64,000 nucleotides of DNA. It comes from Octopus vulgaris (lineage: Eukaryota). This document shows, piece by piece, positions 51,881-64,000 of the stretch. The notes under the pieces were generated by a model. The model was not told where the DNA came from and did no database searches. It saw only the letters and a list, made by a program, of their open reading frames with translations. The stretch is from contig OX597816.1 of NCBI GenBank assembly GCA_951406725.2, forward strand, positions 172,360,001 through 172,424,000. The letters run 5' to 3'. The stretch's first letter is position 1; each line of letters begins with the position of its first letter. The translations under genes and the position numbers were made by a program.

Positions 51881-53989
51881 TGTGTGTGTGTGTGACGCGC
51901 ACATATACTTTACAAGCCATATTGCCAGGCAGGAAGCTCAGAGTACATATGACCGCATCTTGACACTAATGTTATTTTTTTGAAGTTCAATTTATTATAT
52001 CATGATGCAGGGTAAAGGAGATAGTACATATAGAAAGTTAGACCAAATTCTAGGTCTCTTGGCACCTAGGTTTATGGCCTACATTTTCTTAAAGCTGTAA
52101 GTTGATTTCAGTCAACTTTTCGTCTTGACGCTTATTTCTATAACTATTTTTCATGTAACGAGATCTTATTTAATCAACAGTTCTTTAAATGACCTCGTTA
52201 TTCTTAAAGAATATTTATGCGAAAATAGATGGAACCAAAAAAATTTCCATTAGAAATTCGGAAATAAAATACATTTCGATAAAAAAGAAGACAAAATATG
52301 TTGGTTGAAATGTAGAAATAATATCAATCAATAATCCATCGAAAAGATGCTGTGGAGATTATCTGAATTCGTTAATAGACAAGATTAATCTACTTCTGTC
52401 AACAATGAGAAAAATTAAGAATGATTTTCATTTCTACTTTTTTAATGCTAAATAGAGAGAAAAGGCCAAAGTACAAGTTCTTATTGCAGTAATTAATATA
52501 CAAAGTGATGCTGCATTGATAAACAAGGCTAATAAACTATTAACCTTTTGGATTACTAAGCATTCGATCGGGGTTACTTCTGATATAAAATACTAAATCT
52601 ACTATTTAAAGCCCCACCTCTCTCTCTCTCTTCACTTCTCCTGTCTGTTCCCTGTGTGTGTATGCATGTGTGTGTGTGTGTGTGTTCATGTGTCTATGTA
52701 TATATGGTGCACTGCTGATAGTGATAGTAATTAACTACCGGCTATTGCTTTTTATGTATCACTTAAATTTTAATGTGGGATGGAAAGGAGGAGTTTTTAC
52801 TTATACCTACATCTCTTGTGAAGATTTAATGAAATATGCAAGATTATCTGAATTTTATGGATGGTTGATAAAACGAACTGCTTAATATACGGCGCACTGT
52901 TTCGACAGACGAATTAGATTTAATGAAATGCATGATATATATATATGCTAAACACAAAACAGCATTCACGTTTTCACTGTTGGGAGGTTGACAAAAATAA
53001 AATAAAATAAGATAAATCAATATCAGAAGAGAATGTAAATAAATCAAAGTGTACTTTTGTGTCTAGCTGCATCACAAATAGCTCTTTTATAATCTATATA
53101 AAGAATGAACGACGACAATCCTAGTTCATTCTTCTTATCTTCCTTCTATTTTTCTCTCCTTCCAAAGTCGCAAAACATTAAGATAAACAATCAAGAAGCC
53201 TTCCTACTTTCTAAGTACACTTGGAGAGGAAAACGCAATTTAAGATGATGTTTGTTTCGTTGGAAACTTTCTTTGTTCGAAGTAGGCCTAATTCTTATTC
53301 ACCCAGACAAATAGAGAAGTAAACAGAGAAACAGAGCTGGTTGAAGTACTTTCAATAGACGAGCTGAGAGATCTTACATTATCTCTCTTTTGTATTGTAA
53401 CTACCCATTCGCTTTGTTTGTTTTTTTAATTAACAAGTGTGGTCAGTGCTTGAATCAAAGCAATCGGGGTAGCTAGAAGCAATGTTTAATAACATATGAG
53501 AGAATTTAACGAAATCCTAACTTCCTCAAACATTACTCATTAAGTTGATTTCTCAAGCTGCTAAAATCTTTTCTTCACAATTCTAAGTTACTGGCACGGT
53601 GATTCAAAGCCAAATAATAGTCGATTTATAAATTTAAAATTAAAATAATTATGTAAAAATTCCCCTTTCTAAACCACATTTCGAGAATTTCAAATAATTT
53701 CTCAAAAACTAATGTTTTTTTTTTTTTTTACTTACGTCAATCAAAGATAGTTGGAAATATTCCTTTTCATATGATTTGACATTGATCAAATGAACTCACT
53801 TCTCGCTAGTAAGAATGAATGGCGTATAAACAGCAAGATAAAAGCACTAAAGGACTGACCGTCACTATTTTAATACAAGGAGTGGCTAGAATGCAAAACA
53901 ATAGTAAACTTGACCAAAACAAAATATCGCTAATCTCTACCATGGTATTGAGTACTCATTATTCAGATGAATCACTTTAAACGGATATT

Positions 53990-53990
53990 T

Positions 53991-54057
<67 letters not shown>

Positions 54058-54102
54058 TATATATATATAAACACACACACATATGTATATATATATATAT
54101 AT

Positions 54103-54183
<81 letters not shown>

Positions 54184-54235
54184 TTTTTCAATTTTATATT
54201 TTATATATTTTTTATATTATATTTTTATTTTTATA

Positions 54236-54275
<40 letters not shown>

Positions 54276-54336
54276 TATATATATATATATATATGTATAA
54301 ATATGTGTATACACACACACACACACACACATATAT
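53990..54336. repeat. Compound (TA)n/(CA)n microsatellite
   Basis: Directly visible. Confidence 0.9.
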
Positions 54337-54749
54337 ACTTTTTACTCTTTTACTTGCTTCAGTCACGTGACTGGCCATGCTGGAGCACCACCTTTAGTCA
54401 AGCAAATCGACCCGAGGACTTATTTTTGTAAGCCTAGTACTTATTCTATCGGCCTCTTTTGCCGAACAGCTAAGTTACAGGGACGTAAACACACCAGCAT
54501 CGGTTGTCAAGCGATGTTGGGGGCAGGGGGAACAAACACAGACACACAAACATATATATATATATATATATATATGTACATATATACGACAGGCTTCTTT
54601 CAGTTTCCGTCTACCAAATCCACTCACAAGGCTTTGGTCGGCCCAAGGCTATAGTAGAAGACACTTGCCCAAGGTGCCACGCAATGGGACTGAACCTGGA
54701 ACCATGTGGTTGCAAGCAAGCTACTTACCACACAGCCACTCCTACACCT
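54337..54749 (-). mobile_element. SINE family A
   Basis: Family A consensus. Confidence 0.9.
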
Positions 54750-54784
54750 ATATATATGTATATATATATATATATATATATAAA

Positions 54785-55043
54785 ATAAAAAATAAATGCG
54801 CCCTTTTAAAGCCTAGCCAGGCCCATGAGCCTGGTTTCCTGGTTTCAATGGCGTATGTGCTCCCCAGCTGGATGGGACACCAGTCCATCACAGTGTTACT
54901 CATTTTTGCCAGCTGAGTGGACTAGAGCAACGTGAAATGAAGTGTTTTGCTCCAGAATACACACGTTGCCTGGTCCAGGAATCGAAACCACAATCTTACA
55001 ATCATGATGCTGACACCCTAACCACTGAGCCACGTGCCTCCAC
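54785..55043 (-). mobile_element. tRNA-derived SINE family F
   Basis: Head GGAGGCACGTGGCTCAGTGGTTAGGG...GTTTCGATTCC; body GATGGACTGGTGTCCCATCCAG. Confidence 0.75.
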
Positions 55044-55103
55044 ACACACACACACATTTATGTATATAAATATATGTATATACATAAATATATGTGCATA
55101 TAT

Positions 55104-55823
55104 ATAAAATAAGAAAATTGAGGAATAGATTCCTTTCAATCATCAACTTACAGATAATACCAATTCATATTATTTATTAACTACTTAAATAGGAACATCC
55201 AAATCCAACAGAGTAAAACAAAATAAAACAATATACATCAATAAGTAAGATAATACCATAAAAATAATACATATAAAATGGATCTTACAGCTGTTTCAGC
55301 CTGTAGATAAAGGTAACTCAAATGTATTGAGGTAATATGCAGTTAAAAATGAGTTACTTATATATACATCTCAAGGCCTCGTCAGAGATTGTATGTATAT
55401 TATTATATATATACTTATATGTATGTATATATATGTGTATATACACTTTATATATATATACATATTCTTGTGTATGTGTATTTTGTTTCATATTTATATT
55501 TGCATTTCATATCTTCATAACTGTACTTTATAATCTCTGACGAGGCCTTGAGTTATATATATAACTCATTTTTAACTGCATATTACCTCAATACATCTAA
55601 CTAATATAGGCACAATGAGTTACCTTTATCTACAGGTTGAAACAGCTGTAAGATCCATTTTATATGTATTATTTTTATGGTATTATCTTACTTATTAATG
55701 TATATTGTTTTATTCTGTTGGATTTGGATGTTCCTATTTAATTAGTTAATAAATTATATGAATTAGTATTATCTAGAAGTTGATGATTGAAAGGAATCTA
55801 TTCCTCCATTTTCTTATTTTGTA
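55104..55823. repeat. ~290-bp inverted repeat carrying hammerhead-like motifs (Penelope-like termini)
   Basis: 55104-55392 is the reverse complement of 55530-55823. Confidence 0.85.
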
Positions 55824-55882
55824 TTATGAATTTGAGGTAAAACATTTTACCTCCGCCCATATAATACAATAAATGAACTAAT

Positions 55883-56295
55883 TGCAGGAGTGGCTGTGTG
55901 GTAAGTAGCTTGCTAACCAACCACATAGTTCCGGGTTCAGTCCCACTGCGTGGCATCTTGGGCAAGTGTCTTCTGCTATAGCCTTGGGCCGACCAATGCC
56001 TTGTGAGTGGATTTGGTAGACGGAAACTGAAAGAAGCCTGTCGTATATATGTATATATATGTATATGTGTATGTGTGTGTTTGTGTGTCTGTGTTTGCTC
56101 CCCTAGCATTGCTTGACAACCAATGCTGGTGTGTTTACGTCCCCGTCACTTAGCGGTTCGGCAAAAGAGATCGATAGAATAAGTACTGGGCTTACAAAGA
56201 ATAAATCCCGGGGTCGATTTGCTCGACTAAAGGTGGTGCTCCAGCATGGCCGCAGTCAAATGACTGAAACAAGTAAAAGAGTAAAGAGTAAAGAG
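55883..56295 (+). mobile_element. SINE family A
   Basis: Family A consensus. Confidence 0.92.
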
Positions 56296-56428
56296 AATTC
56301 TTAGCATTTATGTATTAGCCTTTTGGGTACTTCACTGGCAGTATATTGGATAACTGATATCCCATAGTGGGTTACACTCATAACCTCTACTCACTTTGTG
56401 CATATATATATATATACACATAATTATA

Positions 56429-56472
<44 letters not shown>

Positions 56473-56699
56473 AGAACAAGGTGTATGTTACGCTGCAATA
56501 ATTTATGTATAAAAAATATATATAAAAATACAAAATGAGACAAGAATGCAAAACATTCACATAGACGACACAAAAAAGGGACAGGTCATTCGAAGCCTCT
56601 AATCTTCAGTCAAGAACCGGATCATCCTTGCAATTTCGGCTGATTAATCTTGAGATCGCTCCGATCCGGACAGCCCCAAGGAAAAACTAAGCTAACAGA

Positions 56700-57860
56700 C
56701 CATTGATAATGAAACAGGAAAAGTCTTTTAAACAATGTTGCTATATTGTATACAGTTAAAGTTTAGGGTTATTCAGAGGATTATTAAGAAGAATATTATA
56801 ACAAAAGGATAGAAATTTATGAATACTTTTGAGTATATACCAAACTTTTACCACAATAGAGGGAGGAAAAGAAATTATCCAGAAATAGTTTAATATTTAT
56901 ACATATTGTACACTTAAATACTAACTCAAACTGTATCTGTGAATATTGATTAATTGGTATATACTAGTATTAATAAAGGAGTATTGAAGTAAAGGAGCAT
57001 GCTAATAATAATAAAATTATAATCTAAGCAGTTTTTTTATAAGTGAATATACAAGTATAGTTTTATATAAACTAAGTATGAATTTATAGAGATACTAAAA
57101 TTAGATTAATTTTATAAATAAATAAAGGTTAATTATAAAATAATAAAGAAATAAAATATAATAATCAAAGTAGGGCAGAACACCATAGAAAAGGAAATAA
57201 AATAGCTTAATTACTAATACTATTGTAAAGTATATGTAACTTATTAACACCAATAGAGAAGATTTTTAGAAAAAGTATAATAATTCAAAATATATTAGAC
57301 TAAAAATTATATATTTACTTATTTAGCTAATATCAATAAAAGACTGATGTCTGGTATCAGGTGAAGGAATATTTAAGTTATGGAACAATCCTATTTTACA
57401 CTAATCTCTTTTTAAAAACTAAGGGTTATATTATAGGTTTAAGAAGTTATTATTGTTACTCCCTACATGATATTTATAGTTTCTTAGTGGTACTTGTTTA
57501 AAAGGCTTATTTATATAAAGGCCCTTATAAATACTAAGATCAGGAGGGTAGAGCCATTTAAGAAAGAGATAAATCAAGTAATTTCTAAAGATCATTTCAA
57601 ACAATATTGTCTTATTGTATAAAGTTAGAATTTAGGGTAATCAAGAAGAATGAAATTTTAACGAAAGGATGAAACTTCTTTGAATATTTTGAGTAAATAC
57701 CAAATTTTTATCACAATAGAGGGAGGAAGAGAAAATTGCAAAGAAATGGTTTAATATTTATTTATTTATTACTTATCTAAATATTAACTTATTATATGGT
57801 TTCTATGGAGATTGATCAAATTGGATTTAACCGGTATTTAATAAGGGAGCATCTGAGGTA
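56700..57860 (-). mobile_element. Degenerate AT-rich coding remnant, possibly Penelope-like RT
   Basis: Two diverged homologous blocks (56730-56990, 57600-57860) with weak RT-like translation on the minus strand. Confidence 0.35.
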
Positions 57861-60800
57861 TTTAATAAGGGAGCATTAAAGGCGGCGAGCTAGCAGAATC
57901 GTTAGCACATCGGGCGAAATGCTTGGTGGTATTTTGGCTGCCGTTATGTTGTGAGTTCAAATTCCGCCGAGGTCGACTTTGCCTTTCATCCTTTCGGGGT
58001 CGATAAATTAAGTACCAGTTAAGCACTGGGGTCGATATAATCGACTTAATACCTATGTCTGTCCATGTTTGTCTCCTCTATGTTTAGCCCCTCGCTATTT
58101 CCTCTCTTCCCAGCACTTTTTCACTCACTCTGTTTCCTACCTTCCCATCACTTCGGCATTCTTTTATGTATCTGTCTGCATTCATAGAGAGACAAAAACC
58201 CACTTTGACTAGTCCACTCTCGTTCTTTAATGTATCTGTCTTCCTCAACTCACTCTCGCTATTTCCTCTCTTCCCAACACATTTTCACTCACTCTGTTTC
58301 CTACCTTCCCATCACTTCGGCATTCTTTTATGTATCTGTCTGCATTCATAGAGAGAATTATCATCGCCACCAACCACACACACACGAGCATGAGAACAAA
58401 TATTATGAATCAGATATTTCTTGCGTTCATTTATATGTGTGTGTGTGTGTGTGTTCTATATATAAATATGTATATATAATGTATATATACAAAGTGTAGA
58501 TATCTTTATTTATGTATATTAAACTTTTTAATACTTTTTCATAGTTATATATATTTTTAAACAAATTATAAATATAATTTAATAATTTTTATTCTAAATT
58601 TAAATAATTTAAATTTTTCAATTTTATATTTTATATATTTTTTATATTATATTTTTATTTTTATGTTTTTGTTTTTCGTTTTTCACTGTTTGATTTGCCT
58701 ATTAGTGGTTTTATCTCTAATTTAATTTATACATATATATATATAATTTGTATACATTTGTATATATAATGTGTGCACACACACACACACACACACTCAT
58801 ATATATATATAATGTGTGCATTATGTGGTCGGTCGGTTCAGCTGAAAATATGCACACCTATGTTAAAAGTGCTGGCAAGTTTGCATGACAACTATTTTTT
58901 TCCTCAAATGAAAGGCGTCACCACTAGGACAAAATTCCTCATCTTATAAAATGTGGCCCCAGTAGACCTGAATGAAATCGGGTTATATTAACCAAAATGT
59001 GAAAAGGGGTCTAAATGGGGCTGGAAGGGGATTAAAATTTAAAGGAGCGAGTGTTTAGGAATTCTGTTACATCAAGCTAAAAAATTTGCGTCAGCCTTTT
59101 AATCGTCAATGTGTTGCCGTCCATGATGAAGAAGTTTTGAATGCTTGCCATGGTGAGTCTACTGTTGTGAGAAAGAATCACTTCAAAACTTGGTGTTTAC
59201 GAATTTTCTTTTACATCAAGTTCAAAATTTTATGCCAGCCGTTAAACTGTCAATACGTTGCTGTCCGTCGTTAAGAAATGCCAGCCATGGTGACTCTACT
59301 ATCCTCAGATTCTATCCCTTCAAACTTTTATTTATTTATTACTTATCTAAATATTAACTTATTATATGGTTTCTATGGAGATTGATCAAATTGGATTTAA
59401 CCGGTATTTAATAAGGGAGCATCTGAGGTATTAATAAGGGAGCATTAAAGGCGGCGAGCTAGCAGAATCGTTAGCACATCCGAAATGCTTGGTGGTATTT
59501 TGGCTAGCGTTATGTTGTGAGTTCAAATTCCTTGAAGACTTTGACCTTTCATCCTTTCGGGGTCGATAAATTAAGTACCAGTTAAGCACTGGGGTCGATA
59601 TAATCGACTTAATACCTATGTCTGTCCATGTTTTCTCCTCTATGTTTAGCCCCTCGCTATTTCCTCTCTTCCCAGCACTTTTTCACTCACTCTGTTTCCT
59701 ACCTTCCCATCACTTCGGCATTCTTTTATGTATCTGTCTGCATTCATAGAGAGACAAAAACCCACTTTGACTAGTCCACTCTCGTTCTTTAATGTATCTG
59801 TCTTCCTCAACTCACTCTCGCTATTTCCTCTCTTCCCAACACATTTTCACTCACTCTGTTTCCTACCTTCCCATCACTTCGGCATTCTTTTATGTATCTG
59901 TCTGCATTCATAGAGAGAATTATCATCGCCACCAACCACACACACACGAGCATGAGAACAAATATTATGAATCAGATATTTCTTGCGTTCATTTATATGT
60001 GTGTGTGTGTGTGTGTGTGTTCTATATATAAATATGTATATATAATGTATATATACAAAGTGTAGATATCTTTATTTATGTATATTAAACTTTTTAATAC
60101 TTTTTCATAGTTATATATATTTTTAAACAAATTATAAATATAATTTAATAATTTTTATTCTAAATTTAAATAATTTAAATTTTTCAATTTTATATTTTAT
60201 ATATTTTTTATATTATATTTTTATTTTTATGTTTTTGTTTTTCGTTTTTCACTGTTTGATTTGCCTATTAGTGGTTTTATCTCTAATTTAATTTATACAT
60301 ATATATATATAATTTGTATACATTTGTATATATAATGTGTGCACACACACACACACACACACTCATATATATATATAATGTGTGCATTATGTGGTCGGTC
60401 GGTTCAGCTGAAAATATGCACACCTATGTTAAAAGTGCTGGCAAGTTTGCATGACAACTATTTTTTTCCTCAAATGAAAGGCGTCACCACTAGGACAAAA
60501 TTCCTCATCTTATAAAATGTGGCCCCAGTAGACCTGAATGAAATCGGGTTATATTAACCAAAATGTGAAAAGGGGTCTAAATGGGGCTGGAAGGGGATTA
60601 AAATTTAAAGGAGCGAGTGTTTAGGAATTCTGTTACATCAAGCTAAAAAATTTGCGTCAGCCTTTTAATCGTCAATGTGTTGCCGTCCATGATGAAGAAG
60701 TTTTGAATGCTTGCCATGGTGAGTCTACTGTTGTGAGAAAGAATCACTTCAAAACTTGGTGTTTACGAATTTTCTTTTACATCAAGTTCAAAATTTTATG

Positions 60801-60894
60801 CCAGCCGTTAAACTGTCAATACGTTGCTGTCCGTCGTTAAGAAATGCCAGCCATGGTGACTCTACTATCCTCAGATTCTATCCCTTCAAACTTT
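57757..60894 (+). repeat. ~1.57-kb near-identical tandem duplication; each unit contains a family C SINE (57879-58092, 59449-59655)
   Basis: Identical ORFs at 58166/59728 and 59086/60652; junction at ~59326. Confidence 0.95.
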
Positions 60895-61189
60895 GGTTTC
60901 CAATATTTTATTATTTTTATTTAGCTCGCAAGTTCGTCTGTCCCTTTTAAATGTTAGCGTTTTGCAGTCTGCCTTGAAGCAGACCTTTCCGTTGCCACTG
61001 CCTGATATTTATGATTGATCTTTCTAAATATTTTATTTCTCAACTTACTCAAGATCTTTTGTTGTTTATAAATGGGAGAGAGATAGATAAAGATAGAGAG
61101 TAAGAGAAAGCGAGGGAGAGTCCGAGAGAAAATAAAAGTAAGAGAGTGGGGAAAGTGAGAGAGAAAGGAGAGAGAAACAAAGAGGGAGA

Positions 61190-61502
61190 ATCATCATCAT
61201 CATCATCATCGTTTAACGTCTGTTTTCCGTGCTAGCACGGGTTGGACAGTTTGACCGGGGTCTGGGAAGCCAGGAGGCTGCACCAGGCTCCAGTCTGATC
61301 TGGCAGTGTTTCTACAGGTTGATGACCTTCCTAACGCCAACCACTCTGTGAGTGTAGTGGGTGCTCTTTTCGTGCCACTGGCACAGGTGCCAGGGGAGCT
61401 TGCAGCTGCCACGATCGGTTGGTGCTTTTTACGTGCCACCGGCACAGAAGCCAGTCAAGGCGGCACCGCAATCGGCCACGTTCGGATGGTGCTTTTTACG
61501 TG
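61190..61502 (-). mobile_element. RTE 3' UTR fragment with tandem units
   Basis: (ATC)n tail and GGTGCTTTTTACGTGC units. Confidence 0.85.
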
Positions 61503-62362
61503 CTGAAAGGAAGCAACATAAAGTAACAACCACACTCTTACCCGTGCGTAGAGCGGGTCACCTTCAGCAAGTCTCTATATATAAAACTGAAATGCGTTTG
61601 GACCGTTTGGATCGCTTTCAAGGCCACTACATCCCGTCAGATTGACTCCCTATCTAGAAATCCCTATCTTAAAAGGTGTCGTTGCTAGGGCCAAAAATCC
61701 ACTTTGACAAGTCAATTCTAAGATTATTCTATATACCAATGTAAAACTTGCGGTACCAATGTCTATTTCTACATTGGCGCATCCTCTTCCCAGTTATTTA
61801 AGACAATTTCCAATCATTATTCTTCATTTAGGGATAGCAGTAAACGTTATAGCACAGGGCTAAGTAAATTGGTTTGGTATCTTAAAGTCAACAATAAGGA
61901 TTTTAAGTTAGATTGGTTCATCCTGTCCATCACTTTCCCTTATGACAAGGGCAAAGGATTTTGTAACATTTGCAACTCTGAACTCTTCCATATTCTCTTC
62001 TCTAGTAATCACCTTGTTAACACACTTATAGAGCAATCTTATAAATGTAAGCACTGGCAGAAGCATACCTTTAACTCATAGAAGTGATTTTTACCAGTCT
62101 GTATAGTTTGAACATTTAGTTCACCTTGCACTTTACTTCAATAGGGAAATCTACTTCCAAGTTTTTGAACATTTTTTCAACCAATATATCCCTCTTTATT
62201 TGTTCTCTACTTATTATTTCTTTATCCCTTCTCTTCCTATGGTCTGTCTTTGATGTCGGATCTACTAACGGTTTTTTAAAAGATACTTAATAGCATTCTG
62301 TTTATCATTTATGCAGTCATCAAAATTGTTATAATGTCTTGTTGTTGAGATAGGTTCTCTTT

Positions 62363-62446
62363 CTTTCCTGATGAGAAGATTAAATTATTTTACACCGTTT
62401 CTTCCTTTGGAATAAAACCAATGTTGTCTTCGAAACATGTCGAAAG
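62363..62446 (+). ncRNA. Type I hammerhead ribozyme motif (minimal helix III)
   Basis: CUUUC-CUGAUGA-GAAGA-(47 nt)-UCUUC-GAAA-CAUG-UC|GAAAG: complete core, 5-bp helices I and II, GUC cleavage triplet. Confidence 0.75.
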
Positions 62447-62644
62447 TAAAAGAATTTGAATGACACCTGTGTTCAACTCAATTTATTTACTTATACTATA
62501 CAAATTACTGCACAGTAACCCGCAGTTTCTACCTTTGAATAGGTCGCTACATCCTTGTTACTTGCGTGAATTTTGCTACCTTGGTAACTGTTTATTGAAT
62601 TTTCCATGTTAACAGTAAACAAAGGATAATTCATTCATCCATTT

Positions 62645-63105
62645 AAATATATACATCATATATATTAAATATATACATCATATATATATAAATATATACA
62701 TCATATATATATAAATATATACATCATATATATATAAATATAGACATTATATATATATATAAATATAGACATTATATATATAAATATAGACATTATATAT
62801 ATATATAAATATATACATTATATATATATATATATACATTATATATATATATATATACATTATATATATATATATATATAAATATATACATTATATATAT
62901 AAATATATACATTATATATATATATATACATTATATATATATATATACATTATATATATATAAATATATATATTATATATACATATATAAATAAATATAT
63001 ACATTATATATATACATATAAATAAATATATACATTACATATATATAAATAAATATATACATTATATATATATATATATATATATAAGTATACATATATA
63101 CATTA
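62645..63105. repeat. AT-rich compound minisatellite (AAATATATACATTATATAT-like)
   Basis: Directly visible. Confidence 0.9.
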
Positions 63106-63106
63106 T

Positions 63107-64000
63107 ATTGGAAAATTGGGAGAATGGCTTCATGACTTTCTGAAGGATAGAAGTCAGGTGGTAGTAGCCAATGGGGCCACCTCCAATAACACGTAAATAG
63201 TGAGCGGTGTTCCGCAAGGCACTGTTTTCGGACCACTACTGTTTATAATGGCCCTCTCAGACATGCCCTCAGCCACGCAGAGAACCACGATCACAAGTTA
63301 TGCAGATGATGCAAAAGTTTCACAGGTAATACAGAACCCTGAAGACACTATGCACCTGCAATGTGAGCTGGACAAAATATACAAGTGGGCTGAAAAGAAT
63401 AGCATGCTGTTCAATGCTGAAAAGTTTCAAGCTTTATGCTATCAGCATGCAAAACTAAATGCAATACCCAATAAATACACTGGACCTGGAGGGATTGCAA
63501 TCCCAGAGGCACAATCAGTGCGAGACCTGGGTATCTGCATGAGTGATGATGCAAACTTTCATGTGCATGTTGCTAAATTGGCAGTGAAATGTAGGCGGCT
63601 GACCGGATGGATTCTTAGAGCCTTTAGAACAAGAGACCAGGAAACCATGATGGTCCTCTGGAGGACACTTGTCCTAAGCCACTTTGACTATTGCTCTCAG
63701 CTATGGTCACCAATCAGTGTCAAGTTAATCACAGAACTTGAGGCGATCCAACGAAGCTACACGAAGAAGATAGCCTCTGTGCAGCATTTAAGCTATTGGG
63801 AAAGACTAAAGAGATTAAGACTCTATTCCTCAGAGCGTAGGGGAGAAAGATATGCCATAATATACATCTGGAAGATCCTAGAAGGACTTGTCCCAAACTT
63901 TGGTATCGAGAGTTACACAAATACTAGAACTGGGCGCCACTGCATAGTGCCAAGGACTCCAAATTTGCCATCAAGATGTAGGACAAGATATTGTGATAAC
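63107..64000 (+). mobile_element. CR1-group LINE RT, 5'-truncated, runs off the right edge
   Basis: Hand translation: WLHDFLKDRSQ.V...SGVPQGTVFGPLLF...YADDAK...VRDLG...DYCSQLWSP...LEAIQR...SYWERLKRL; one in-frame stop. Confidence 0.92.

Noticed and set aside
61572-62340. Helitron start or Penelope RT remnant next to the hammerhead
   Set aside because: The TC-TATATATAAAA start has no matching CTAG end, and minus-strand translations gave no unambiguous RT motif; left unassigned.

Overview
AT-rich, repeat-saturated animal genomic DNA. The SINE and microsatellite landscape suggests a coleoid cephalopod (Octopus-like); this is an inference. One host gene is supported: an acid sphingomyelinase (SMPD1-like) on the minus strand. 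Four coding exons were reconstructed with GT-AG sites and consistent phase (20952-20686, 18349-18185, 8120-7997, 1254-1148), and the gene runs off the left edge. The rest is transposon-derived: over 20 copies of a ~400-bp tRNA-derived SINE, several other SINE families, RTE/CR1/R4-like LINE fragments, Penelope-like remnants, mariner/Tc1, piggyBac- and hAT-type MITEs, and Helitrons. The most notable signals are at the RNA-structure level: (i) several unrelated hammerhead-ribozyme motifs, one with an intact core at 62363-62446; (ii) an RTE LINE with a PHD-like zinc finger inside its RT region and a 3' UTR built from tandem 60-66-bp units that can each fold as an H-type pseudoknot, expanded to an 18-unit array at 32933-34092; (iii) a 1.24-kb fold-back palindrome inside a Helitron helicase. 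Most ORFs in the supplied track are spurious repeat translations. Repeat boundaries are approximate unless a target-site duplication (TSD) or terminal inverted repeat (TIR) is cited.
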